This document shows, piece by piece, positions 1-10,148 of a stretch of DNA of 64,000 bases (positions are counted from its first letter, which is position 1; the number at the start of each line of letters is the position of its first letter). The DNA comes from Barthelona sp. PCE (taxonomy: Eukaryota). The stretch is from positions 1,302,001-1,366,000 of the forward strand of contig JAUFOR010000004.1 in assembly GCA_040285745.1 (NCBI GenBank). The letters are read 5' to 3'. The notes under the pieces were generated by a model, which searched no databases, had not been told where the DNA came from, and saw nothing but the letters and a program-made list of their open reading frames with translations. Position numbers and translations under genes: made by a program.

Positions 1-2637
1 ACGCACATCTATATGCTGCTCGAATACTGCCCCGCAGACCTGGTTGGCTTAATGCAGCACCACAAATCTGGAGCCACACAAATCGCAGATGGATTAATTG
101 GCAGTATCTTTCTTCAACTTGTCAAGGCCCTGGATGCAGTCCACAAGCGTGACTGGGTCCATCGTGATATTAAAGTTGAGAATATTTTGTTTACTGATGT
201 TTCATATAACGAATTAAAGCTATGCGATTTTGGATCGTGCACCGCTGAAGAAATTGTCCCTCAGACGTCAAGCGAGATCTCCCACGTCACAACCATGGTG
301 GAGAAGTACACCACACCGTTGTATAGAGCTCCTGAGATGTACGATCCGTGGCGTAAGCAAATTATCGGGAAACCTTCTGATATTTGGGCACTAGGCGTTG
401 TTCTTTACTACCTGTGCACACTAGAGACACCATTCCCCGAGGAGAACCCTAAGTTGGCTGTGTTGAATAATCATTATGTGTTGCCTGATGGTGTTGCATC
501 TGAGTATCGTACAATTATTAGAGCGTGCCTTATGTCAGACCCGATGCAGCGCCCAACCACAGATGATCTCATCAATCATATGGAAAATGGTACACCGTTA
601 GGTGATACGAGTTTTGTTTTTGAAACTGCCGCCGTTGTTTCAGAAACTATGTTTGATCCATTTGGGTTTGTAACCGGGAATCCTGCTGCTGAGACAGCTG
701 CCACTCCGGCTAAGACAACGCTTTCAGCTACCTTTTTTGAGCAAGTAGCTCCACAGCCCGAGCCCGTCGCTGCCAAAACACAGGTTTTAGATGGTTTCTT
801 TTCGTTTGGCAGCGAGCCTCAGCCGTCAGTTGTGCAACCAGTCACGCAACCAGTCAAGCAACCTGTTCCTCAGGCAAAGTCAGAGTTTGGCGAGAAAGCA
901 GCACGCCTAATGGACATAGCGGTGAAGGAGAACGTGCAGAACAAGGGGTTTTTTGAAACCATGGAAACAGCAAACCATGATCCGCTCTTTTCTTTACTTG
1001 ACGCAGCTCCTGCCGCCACAAAGTCACCCGTGCAATCCCCGAAACAGAAGGAAGAAGAGTTTTTTTGTGTTAAGACTGAGTATAAGAAGCATGAGTATTT
1101 CTCTCCTACAACTGCTGTTAAGGCTGCTACCCCCCAAGACAAACTTGAGGAAGACGAAGAACCGAGCGACGATGAGTCAGATAAGCTTTTGGGTTTAAAA
1201 CGTCAACCATCGTTTACAAAGCAGAAAATTAAGAGGAAAATTGGTAGAAATGGGTATGAATTGCTTGAAAGCCCCGCAGACACAACGAATGAGCCTCCCA
1301 AGCGGCGAACACTGGCCTTTTCAACTGGAAAGGCAATTAAAAAGCTGACGGATTCTATTAAGTTGGTTGGGAAATCAGACATTGAGATAGCAGTAAGAAA
1401 AGCGTGTTCCCGTGAGATAGGTATCCCGAAAATGAAGCACATCAATTCACTTAGCGTTCATCTGCAGGAGTCAACAAGGAATATTCAGCATTTTTATGAT
1501 TTCATCCAAAGCTGTATCACACGGGATGCAGTCGTCCTCACAAAGGCACTGTGTGTGCTTTTGAACCTGTTACACGTTACAGAGTCGATGAACTTCAGGC
1601 TTCACTTTGCACGATTTTGTGATGGTGATGAACGGGATTTACTGAGTCGCATCGAAGCATTTAGCGAGATGATTGATGACAGCAAGCTCGATTACGGCTT
1701 TATGGATTTGTTCTATAACTTTTTAGGACTTTTACGTAAACGCAGTCAGCTTCATCAGACTTTTTCTCATTTGGAAGGTAATCTCTCCATTGATTCGTAC
1801 CTTTACTACACGAGCAGGCTTGTCCAGATGGAATTAAAAGCTCAGGATAAGACGAAGAATGCATTTTCTTCATTTACAAAGTCAGCTGTTACTATTTGTA
1901 TTCGTGAAGAAGAGTTATTAAGGAAGAACTTTGAACATAGCAGTGCGTGGATACAGTCACTCGTTGAGGAATTATCAGTGTATTTTGAAGAAGCTTTACG
2001 TTTTCTATCTTTGTTTTTACCATATTTTAATGGTGCAACAACTGAAATGTTACCTTTAGTTGACGCTTTGTTTTTAAACACCCTCAGGGAACTGTTTTTC
2101 CTCCACGACAGCCTGTTTTTTTTGATTTGGGCCATTGATACCCTTTGTATCAGCCAGGAATTTAGCTACGCTTACGTCAGCCCTTTTATAGCAAACTCTA
2201 TTGGTCTGCAGGAGCTAGTCAATGAGTTTGCAGATAAAAGTGATCTGCTGGAAAGACTCACATTGCCTGTATTTGTAGGAAATGCTTTTGACTTATCGAA
2301 CAGATCGCTTAAGGATTGTCCTGTTCATCCACCGGCATCTCTGTCATCGGTAGTGGAGCGGTCCATCGGCGAGTGGTTCCCTTCGCTGCAGGTTGCCCGT
2401 AATCGAGTTTCAGAGGCTGGTACTGTCAATGAAGAAGAAGTTGTTGAACCTCAACATATAACACCATTGGTGGCAAACACAGAAGCTTCGGCATCAGAGG
2501 CACCGGCAGTTGACTTTTTTGCTTTTGATTCTGTTCAAGAGCGTGAGGAAGAAGATAATAACTCCAAGAACAGTACTGTAGCAGCTCCACAAACACCGAA
2601 GAAGCAACAAAACCTGTTTGAAATGTTTGGCTTATAG
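1..2637 (+). CDS. NAK-family (AAK1/GAK/BMP2K-like) Ser/Thr kinase with downstream ANTH-like domain; 5' truncated by window
   Basis: Frame open from base 1 (THIYMLLEYC); HRDIKVEN, LCDFGS, KYTTPLYRAPEMYD (NAK-type activation segment), DIWALG; later IEIAVRKACSREIGIPKMKH resembles the ANTH N-terminal motif; one DPF motif in the linker. Confidence 0.85.
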   Translation, partial: THIYMLLEYCPADLVGLMQHHKSGATQIADGLIGSIFLQLVKALDAVHKRDWVHRDIKVENILFTDVSYNELKLCDFGSCTAEEIVPQTSSEISHVTTMVEKYTTPLYRAPEMYDPWRKQIIGKPSDIWALGVVLYYLCTLETPFPEENPKLAVLNNHYVLPDGVASEYRTIIRACLMSDPMQRPTTDDLINHMENGTPLGDTSFVFETAAVVSETMFDPFGFVTGNPAAETAATPAKTTLSATFFEQVAPQPEPVAAKTQVLDGFFSFGSEPQPSVVQPVTQPVKQPVPQAKSEFGEKAARLMDIAVKENVQNKGFFETMETANHDPLFSLLDAAPAATKSPVQSPKQKEEEFFCVKTEYKKHEYFSPTTAVKAATPQDKLEEDEEPSDDESDKLLGLKRQPSFTKQKIKRKIGRNGYELLESPADTTNEPPKRRTLAFSTGKAIKKLTDSIKLVGKSDIEIAVRKACSREIGIPKMKHINSLSVHLQESTRNIQHFYDFIQSCITRDAVVLTKALCVLLNLLHVTESMNFRLHFARFCDGDERDLLSRIEAFSEMIDDSKLDYGFMDLFYNFLGLLRKRSQLHQTFSHLEGNLSIDSYLYYTSRLVQMELKAQDKTKNAFSSFTKSAVTICIREEELLRKNFEHSSAWIQSLVEELSVYFEEALRFLSLFLPYFNGATTEMLPLVDALFLNTLRELFFLHDSLFFLIWAIDTLCISQEFSYAYVSPFIANSIGLQELVNEFADKSDLLERLTLPVFVGNAFDLSNRSLKDCPVHPPASLSSVVERSIGEWFPSLQVARNRVSEAGTVNEEEVVEPQHITPLVANTEASASEAPAVDFFAFDSVQEREEEDNNSKNSTVAAPQTPKKQQNLFEMFGL

Positions 2638-2850
2638 CCATGTCTAGAGTAAATAAATGCATAAAGGTTTTAAGTAGGCATCACGAAATGTTGGAAAAAG
2701 GGTCAAAAATCGTAACATTGTGTATTGTGACTCATCATATTTTAGTACAGTTTTCAAGCAATCCAGTAGACAGAAGAAGATACATACTGAATGTTTTCTA
2801 CTTTATTACTTTTATCGAACAATTCTCATTTTTTTATTTGTTAATCTGCA

Positions 2851-3771
2851 ATGAGTAATTCGACTTTTGGGACTTTCAGCGCCCCTATATTCCTTGATTC
2901 GTCTTACAATGACAAGAGACGAGTTCCAAATCGTCTCAAAGGAAAGCAAATTTTGGGAACCAGTTCGAAGAGTGGTTTGCTTAAGGATGGTAACTTTTCT
3001 GCCTTCAGTGTTCTCGGTGGCGAGGCTGTAGAGTTTAGTGAGGTTGAAAAGGCATACAGACGTAAGAAAAGACATAAGCTTAAGGATAAGCCTCCATTTA
3101 GGGCAATTTCATCGCCAAAGGACCCAAAGATGACATACGACCACGATGATTACAAAGGATATATTCCACCAGAGAAAGTATTCTCAAGAAAATCGAAAGG
3201 TTTTGCCAACGCTAATGCTAAACTGATAGAGACCAAAATTGTACACAAAGACGAGGATTTTACACAGACTGAACGATTACGTTTTAAGATGTCACGTACT
3301 TTTCGTGATATAGATTCCCAGCCAGGTTCACCAGTTTGGATACCACCAGGACCCAACACCCCTCCGCATCGAGTCAAATCACCTCATAGAGCAAAAACTA
3401 GCCGCGGAAGAAGAAGAACAGTGGGTAGTCCAACTGCAATAGATTCTTTACATATTAGAAGGCCTAAAACTTCATACCAGGCACGTAGAAATGTCCCAAT
3501 ATGGGAAAAGACAACGAAATCTATGGATATGAAGAAACAGGAGAAGTATACTTCCGATTTTTTATATGGTGTTATGAAACAAGATTTTTCAACCAAAGAA
3601 AAGTTTTCTAGCTATGAATGGGAAGCAGATCCTTACGAATTGTATGAAGAAAAGATTAAAGAATCTGAAAAAATGAAGAAAAAGAGAATTATTCAACCTC
3701 CTATCTTATCTATGTCACCTAAATCGATTTCGGCACCAACAAGGAGTGTATATTGGGCCAATAAGCGATAA
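2851..3771 (+). CDS. CFAP96/C4orf47 (DUF4586)-like cilia-associated protein
   Basis: 306 aa, basic; FGTFSAPIFLDSSY..KGKQIL..KDGNF, ADPY and PKSISAPTRSV recall the DUF4586 family. Confidence 0.55.
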   Translation: MSNSTFGTFSAPIFLDSSYNDKRRVPNRLKGKQILGTSSKSGLLKDGNFSAFSVLGGEAVEFSEVEKAYRRKKRHKLKDKPPFRAISSPKDPKMTYDHDDYKGYIPPEKVFSRKSKGFANANAKLIETKIVHKDEDFTQTERLRFKMSRTFRDIDSQPGSPVWIPPGPNTPPHRVKSPHRAKTSRGRRRTVGSPTAIDSLHIRRPKTSYQARRNVPIWEKTTKSMDMKKQEKYTSDFLYGVMKQDFSTKEKFSSYEWEADPYELYEEKIKESEKMKKKRIIQPPILSMSPKSISAPTRSVYWANKR

Positions 3772-3785
3772 TTTTAGTTGTAAAA

Positions 3786-4034
3786 TTAAGAATTTTGAGA
3801 GTTTTGTCGAGCAAATACTAATATTCCTGCAAATAGCAGAATAAGACCAATATATATTGAGTATAGGGACCAAAGCCCACCCGAAAGCTTCGAAGGCATC
3901 GCGAATATAGTTAGAACACTGAATGAAACGTCAATTAGGGGAATGAGATAAAGGTTGATCAGTAGTGTGACTAAAAACAGCAATGAGCCCACATAGCCTA
4001 CCTTTCCGATCAGTTGAGTTGGCGAGAGTCCCAT
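3786..4034 (-). CDS. Small two-TM protein, DPM2-like (dolichol-phosphate mannose synthase regulatory subunit)
   Basis: 82 aa, two hydrophobic helices, QLIG..SLL..LIPLID pattern and size similar to DPM2. Confidence 0.5.
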   Translation of the reverse strand: MGLSPTQLIGKVGYVGSLLFLVTLLINLYLIPLIDVSFSVLTIFAMPSKLSGGLWSLYSIYIGLILLFAGILVFARQNSQNS

Positions 4035-4224
4035 AAGAAGATGTGTGTGGTGAAAAATGTTTTTACATTTCGTTTTGTAATATTTATTGTTCTTTTTAGC
4101 ATCGTGGTGAGTTATGCACCCAGTTTCAGAGCAATCAATATGATTATTTTGAAGTGAAAGGAAAAAACCTGCTTTCGCAGTTTTTTCCTCTATTTAACCA
4201 TTCACCTAATTTAATCTGACTCAA

Positions 4225-5511
4225 ATGGTATTTATTCCCCAATACACACGCACTACTCATATTTAGGCAACCATTCAACAAGTTAGACCAAAAACTGATC
4301 AGGTAACTCATGCTCAAAGCGCGACATTGGTCAGAAACCTTCTACGCACTGCATTAGGATCAATTTGCTACCATCGAGGACTCTTTCCAGAGCGATACTA
4401 CGAGGATAAGCAGATTGCTGGTACACCACTAAAATCTCTCACAGGAGTAGGTGATGACAAGTCTGCACAGGTTTTGAACTGGTTGGAAAACGGCGTGTTT
4501 CATGCATTCGACAACAACTATCTTGACACTGTAACGTTCGTCATTAAGCTTGAGGAAGATGACAATGAAAGCATAATTGAGAGCTATGTTTTCAAAATTG
4601 AGTACGACGATGATGGCAACGCAGATATGTATTACAAGACCAGCCAAAGTCAAAAATACCTCGATCGAGAAGGAAAAGTTACAAAAATACAAGCACGCAA
4701 AGCCACTATTCAAATGGTGCAATGCCTTTTAAAATCTCTGTCAGACCTTCCACCTCTTCCACACCGCCGCTTCTTCGCCATCCGCCTCACGTACACACCC
4801 AGCACCCCAGCTGACTACGAGCCTCCATTATTCACATCCGTCTATCATGATTATGATTGGTTTGATGAACCAAAGCAGATTGATGTTGGTGGTATCGAGA
4901 CCGGCACGCACATGTTGGAGATGACCATCAATACACTGCTCCACGATGATGCAGTGATGCAGACATTATTCAAAAAAAACAAGTACCTGTCAATGTTGAA
5001 GGTTCCTCAGGACAGAATGTCCAAGTCCGAAATTGATCGTTTGGTGAGCGGTACTGCGCCAACAAATGATGCTTTGGTTAAGGTTGCTGAAGAAATAAGC
5101 TTTGAAGAGGAAGAAGACATTAGTGAGATTGAGGATGCAATTGATGTAGTTAATGTTTCACATCATACAGTGCAAATTAACATCGTGGACCGTGTCAGGG
5201 AGGCGGTCGTTGACCTTTCCTCCATTTCAATGAGGAAGCTGAGTTTAGATATGGGTTTCACTTACGCAGAGGTGAAAGAAGCGTTGGCAACGCTCGAAAT
5301 CGAAGGTATCGTTAAAAAGCGCGGGAATAGGTACTACAAGAATGAGTCTTTAAATCAAGTAACGTTAAAGCAAAAACAGCAAAAACAGACTGATAAAACA
5401 TTGAAGAAAAAGCGTTCAAAGAGCAAAAAACCGGGAAAGAAGCAGAAAGTCAACGAGGAATTCGCTTTTCTTATTAAAAATCGTGCTTCAAAAACTCATA
5501 TCTGGAAGTAA
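4225..5511 (+). CDS. HOP1: Meiotic HORMA-domain protein Hop1/ASY1/HORMAD; exons 4225-4227 and 4267-5511
   Basis: Splicing gives MATIQQVRPKTDQVTHAQSATLVRNLLRTALGSICYHRGLFPE; WLENGVFHAF, IESYVFKIEY, RLTYTPSTPADYEPPLF; C-terminal winged-helix-like segment and basic closure-motif-like tail. Confidence 0.9.
4228..4266 (+). other. 39-nt spliceosomal intron directly after the HOP1 start codon
   Basis: ATG|gtattt...actcatatttag|GCA restores the frame. Confidence 0.85.
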
Positions 5512-5540
5512 AAACAAAATAAACTAAATGAAGTTCAGTT

Positions 5541-6104
5541 TCAGAAATAACTCTCAACCGAAACAACATCGTCATTACTCTGCAAAATGGATGCGTCTAT
5601 TGTGACATTAGGTGCTTGTACTGGTGGTAAAAAGTGGCTGACAGGCTTAGATTCCATGACACTGTTCAATATAGCTCTACTCCTGCTTACAGCATGCTCG
5701 CTTGTGGTTACGTCTCCGATCAAAGGCGATGTAGTCACCAGTTTTAAGACATTGTGCTTATTCGCCATTTGTACAAGTATATCTCTGCTTTCTTCAGCTT
5801 TGCTGGAACGAACAACCTTGTAATCCTTCTTGGGGAGGATTTTACGTGACTCCTCTATAAGGGAATCAATTTTTTGAGATGTTTTCCTCTTTACGGATGA
5901 TAACTGATCCATTTTCTGCTGGGACATGGTTATCTGTCCAAATATGCCCTCAATGTCATCGATTAAAGTATCTGCCGTTTTAAACTTTCTTTTATAAAAT
6001 TTTTTTCTATCCCCGTGAACACTACTCAGATAAATGAGGTTTGTTTCCCCAACATTTGCTTTGTCTAACAGCTCTCTTCTTGATGAAGAACGCTGAAAAG
6101 TCAT
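5541..6104 (-). CDS. Hypothetical protein, 187 aa
   Basis: ATG-started ORF filling the gap between HOP1 and UTP14; no motif recognised. Confidence 0.65.
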   Translation of the reverse strand: MTFQRSSSRRELLDKANVGETNLIYLSSVHGDRKKFYKRKFKTADTLIDDIEGIFGQITMSQQKMDQLSSVKRKTSQKIDSLIEESRKILPKKDYKVVRSSKAEESRDILVQMANKHNVLKLVTTSPLIGDVTTSEHAVSRSRAILNSVMESKPVSHFLPPVQAPNVTIDASILQSNDDVVSVESYF

Positions 6105-6116
6105 GAAAAAAGTGAT

Positions 6117-8165
6117 TTATTTGCTAACATTGTTAAGACGATTCTCGCGTTGCTTTGCCAGTCTACGGTTGGATCCCTTGCGCTCCCTCTTCGACTTACG
6201 GATGGGATCAATGATTTCTCCAACAGCAACATCAACGTCTGGTTGAATTTTCTGCTCAAATGCATTAATTGTGAGTGTCTCACGACCAACAGTTTCCTTA
6301 ATTTCATTTTCGTACTTGCCATGTGACTTGTAGTGGGGGATATCCTTAACAACGGCCTTATAATGATCAGGAACCATACTCTTTGTCGATAGGATAAGAC
6401 GTTCATTATTTTTATCTTTACGCTGCTCCTTGATTTCCTTTCGAATAGCTTTGATTTTGTTGGACTTCTTGCGTAGATGTTTCGGCAACTTCTTTGGTTT
6501 TGTGGTGCCAGGACCACTCCAAAACCCCCATCCAGGAACAAGCTCAACATCATCAGGGAGTGTCTCATCGATAAGATTTTGTTTGTTCTTCGCAAACTCA
6601 TCAGCATTGAGCCCTGCGTTGTCGGCAAAGACGTCTCTTACTAGATCAGCTGTTTCAAGATCTTCTTCCTCCTCGCCCACATCATCCTTATCAATAAAGT
6701 CCACACCAGCCATTTCCTTCAGCGTCTGCTTCTTAACAGGCTGCTGCGTCTTTGTTCTCTTCTTCTCGACTCGTCCAGCACGCAAAAATGGATGCAAATC
6801 ACTCTCTTCAATTTCTACCTCAGCTTCAGATTCTTTTTCCTCTTCTTCGACTTCAGACTTCTCTTCCTCGGATTCATTCTCCGATTCAACGTCCTCAGTG
6901 GCTGCGACAGGCTTCGAAACAGTGAATTGGATAGGTTTGCTAACATTACCAAACAAAGTTACTTCTTCATCGTCAACTGGTACCAGCTCCTCCTCATCAT
7001 CTGAAAAGGTGCCAAAGGCGTCGGCCTCAGCCTCATCCTCATCCTCGCGCATACGGCGTTCTTTGATAGCCTTTTTCATGAAACCTAATGACATAAGACC
7101 CTTATTAGGCAATTCAATATTTTTATCAGCCTCCAATAGTTCAATGATGTCTGCCTTCGTGGAGGCATCGAGCTTCTTCTTCGTGGCCAGATCTGCTATC
7201 TCGCTTCGTAATAAATCATCATTAAATTCATCATCTTCAAAATCAGAGGGTTCGCTACCCTCCATTCTCTCACGGAGCTCTTGGTCCAGAAGCGCCTGTT
7301 GCTTCAGCGTTTCCTTGAACCTGTCGCTGTGCTCCTGTGTCTTGCGCTCCCTCTGTCGACGCATGAACTTTGAGTTACTGGTTTTGTGACGGAGTGTAGC
7401 TCTCTCCAAGATTCTTCTCTTCTCCATTTCCTCCTCTGTAAGCTCCTGCTCAACGCGGCCCTTGCGCAGCTGCTTGCGGTACCGCCTGGATTTGATCTTT
7501 TTCTGATGTTTACGTTTCCTGAAGGCGTGCAAAAGTAAAGCCTTCTCTCGACCCGATTCAGCAGCCTCCATCTGCCTCATCTTCTCAGATTCGTCGTCAT
7601 CAATACCCTCGTTGTCGAAGGTGCCGTCTTCTGGCTTCGATAAACCAGCTCCACTGAGCAAACTGTTGATCTTTTCACTCATATCTGTAGCGACACCTGA
7701 CTTCACGTTGATGTTTGATAGGGACTTAAGGGTGGACTTGGGGGCAAGGGACGGCCTGTAAGGGTACTGCATCTTGCTCTTTCTGTTGCGCTGTATGATG
7801 GGAAGCCAGGTTGAGGTAGATCTGGATTCTTCTTCGTAGCTAACCTGACGGTCCAGGACCTTCTTTTGCAAGCGGGACAGTGGCTTGCCGGCGGGTTGCT
7901 GTACATCATCGAGTTCATTGAGCTGTTTACGAGTCTGTGCTGTAACGCTACCGTTTTGCTGATACCCATCGATTAGATCGGCCAGGCTAACTCCCTGATC
8001 AGGCTTACCCTCTTCTGCTTCATCTTCATGCCCTTCACTACGTTTAAATGCTGGTGTAAAAAGATCCTCGAGTTCGTCGGCATCCTCCAGGTATGACTCA
8101 CTCAGGTAGTCGTTTTCGAGTTCCCCATCGCTAAAATCGCTGAAATCCTCAAATTGGTCAGCCAT
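6117..8165 (-). CDS. UTP14: U3 snoRNP/SSU processome protein Utp14
   Basis: KKIKSRRYRK, RRILERATLRHK, GLMSLGFMKKA, VPGWGFWSGPG, C-terminal VAVGEIIDPI. Confidence 0.92.
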   Translation of the reverse strand: MADQFEDFSDFSDGELENDYLSESYLEDADELEDLFTPAFKRSEGHEDEAEEGKPDQGVSLADLIDGYQQNGSVTAQTRKQLNELDDVQQPAGKPLSRLQKKVLDRQVSYEEESRSTSTWLPIIQRNRKSKMQYPYRPSLAPKSTLKSLSNINVKSGVATDMSEKINSLLSGAGLSKPEDGTFDNEGIDDDESEKMRQMEAAESGREKALLLHAFRKRKHQKKIKSRRYRKQLRKGRVEQELTEEEMEKRRILERATLRHKTSNSKFMRRQRERKTQEHSDRFKETLKQQALLDQELRERMEGSEPSDFEDDEFNDDLLRSEIADLATKKKLDASTKADIIELLEADKNIELPNKGLMSLGFMKKAIKERRMREDEDEAEADAFGTFSDDEEELVPVDDEEVTLFGNVSKPIQFTVSKPVAATEDVESENESEEEKSEVEEEEKESEAEVEIEESDLHPFLRAGRVEKKRTKTQQPVKKQTLKEMAGVDFIDKDDVGEEEEDLETADLVRDVFADNAGLNADEFAKNKQNLIDETLPDDVELVPGWGFWSGPGTTKPKKLPKHLRKKSNKIKAIRKEIKEQRKDKNNERLILSTKSMVPDHYKAVVKDIPHYKSHGKYENEIKETVGRETLTINAFEQKIQPDVDVAVGEIIDPIRKSKRERKGSNRRLAKQRENRLNNVSK

Positions 8166-8585
8166 TCAATGTGAAAGAGAGATGATAATTGGGAAGTAGA
8201 GTTTTTGCTTACTTCTCCTTTTTGTATCGTATGGACATGTTTATTCTAAGTTTAAATGCTTAGATTATAAAATGGTTAATCATTTTTCAAGTTCATGATA
8301 GTGGAAAAGGAAGATTTCCTTAAAAGAAACATTTTTCATGTTTATTATCATCAAAATTGATTGTATATAAGACTTTATAACTGAAACAGACGATTAAGAG
8401 TGTACACATATGAAATGAATAAACTTACAAATTGCAGGTTTCGTTTTTGCAACTTCACAATGATAGCTATAAGTTTTTGTAACAGTGTCTTCCACTGAAA
8501 AGATGCAGAGAATTATGGAATCCACCAAAAGCAGAAGTAAATAGTGTTTTGGCAATATCTCCCCTTTCTTTTATTTTTTAACATT

Positions 8586-9869
8586 ATGCTTTGCTCTCTT
8601 ACTGGAGTAGTGGCAACACACCCTGTTGCAACACCAGATGGGCATATATTTGAGAAAGATGTTATTCTTTCATATTTAAAGACGCACTCCGTGTGTCCTA
8701 TCACAAAAAAGCAACTGAAACCGGATCAAATCATAGATTTGGTCGAACAAGAGCCACTTATGGTTCCCAACACCCCCAACTTAAGCATGTCTTCAATTCT
8801 CAATTTAGTACATCGAAGCTACACATTATTGGTTGAAGAGAACGTAGAGCTGCGGGATAGAGTCTTTACACTCGACAACGAGACCCAGCAGCTTCGGGAT
8901 GAATATGATGCTGCTCTCAGAGTCGTTGATCGCTTGGTACAGTCTGGTAACGATCATGAGATCATCGTAGACGGTGCAGGCACCGACCAGGCATTCAAGG
9001 AGAGCATCATGGCTGTGCGCAAAGCAAAGAGAAGAAAACACAAGGCATTCAAGTGTGAGAGCACTGAGTTTGAGCCAAGAGAAATATCTGATGCTGAACC
9101 CGGGCGCATTGTGGCTCAGGCTGAGACAGAAGTTGCGGTTAAAGTGCTTGATGACTGCACATTTTCTGTTGATGGAAAAACGGTTTCCTCCCATATGCGA
9201 GTAGTTGCTGCACACAACGGAACAGTTATGACAGCCAATGGGCGTTTTTGCCGCTTCTATCAAAAAAATTGGAGCAGAATTGTACAGCTACCATTTGTCA
9301 TTAAACATGCACTTGTTCATCCCTCAGAGGAATTCGCTGTTGTCATAGGCCCGAACACAGTGGCTTGTATCGGCTTAGACGGAGTCACATTTTTTTTAAA
9401 AGGTTATGATAAGACAACTAATCGAGTCTTACTCCATCCTGACGGTGAACTGCTCTTTTGCTTCACTGATGATGAATTGGTTGTTGTGTCCTTGGTCACC
9501 CTCGAGGTGTGTTTGAATCACCGCGTTTCTTCCATGGCGGAAACGTTCACTCCAGATGGAAAACAGCTGGTTATGGTATCTGGGACAGAGATTCGTACTT
9601 TATCTCTCAAAGACTATGGAGAGGCATCTTACAGGCTTCCAACGGAGGTTAATGATGTTTGTGGGCTTGCCACGTCATTTACGACAGGGGAAGTTTATTA
9701 TTTTTGCGATAAAACACTTTATAGTCTGAATTTTGCTAATGAATTTGGTTGCGAATCACAAATTGAGGTGCCATCAGCTATTGTTGATTGTTCTGTGGTT
9801 GAAAACGGTGCTCAACGAGATACAGTGTATGTTAATATGATTGATGGCACTTATGTGCAGGTACAGTGA
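8586..9869 (+). CDS. PRP19: Prp19 (U-box, coiled coil, divergent WD40) splicing factor
   Basis: MLCSLTG..HPVATPDGHIFEK..CPIT U-box; SMSSILNL..EYDAALRVVDRL; HPDG WD motif; ATG at 8586 preferred to GTG at 8544. Confidence 0.88.
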   Translation: MLCSLTGVVATHPVATPDGHIFEKDVILSYLKTHSVCPITKKQLKPDQIIDLVEQEPLMVPNTPNLSMSSILNLVHRSYTLLVEENVELRDRVFTLDNETQQLRDEYDAALRVVDRLVQSGNDHEIIVDGAGTDQAFKESIMAVRKAKRRKHKAFKCESTEFEPREISDAEPGRIVAQAETEVAVKVLDDCTFSVDGKTVSSHMRVVAAHNGTVMTANGRFCRFYQKNWSRIVQLPFVIKHALVHPSEEFAVVIGPNTVACIGLDGVTFFLKGYDKTTNRVLLHPDGELLFCFTDDELVVVSLVTLEVCLNHRVSSMAETFTPDGKQLVMVSGTEIRTLSLKDYGEASYRLPTEVNDVCGLATSFTTGEVYYFCDKTLYSLNFANEFGCESQIEVPSAIVDCSVVENGAQRDTVYVNMIDGTYVQVQ

Positions 9870-10148
9870 TTTCAACATTCAAAAGTAACATTGTCACAAT
9901 AGCATCGTAGATTGAGCAATAAGTGAACCATAAGAAATGTCCGATTATGAGAAAGCAAAATAAGCATTAGAAAGGCAAATATTGAGCTATTTGCACTGAT
10001 ATATCTCCCAAAACACAATAAAACGGCATGTATAAAGAATAAAGCCGGAAGCAAGAGGATTTAAATCCTATTAGTTTTTGTTTCGCACTTTGCATCCTTT
10101 TACACTTATTTTTACCACACGTGTGGACATAATTTCTGACCCACACAC

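Noticed and set aside
6430-7389. 319-aa Ser-rich ORF antisense to UTP14
   Set aside because: Ser/Phe runs are the reverse complement of Glu/Asp/Lys codons.
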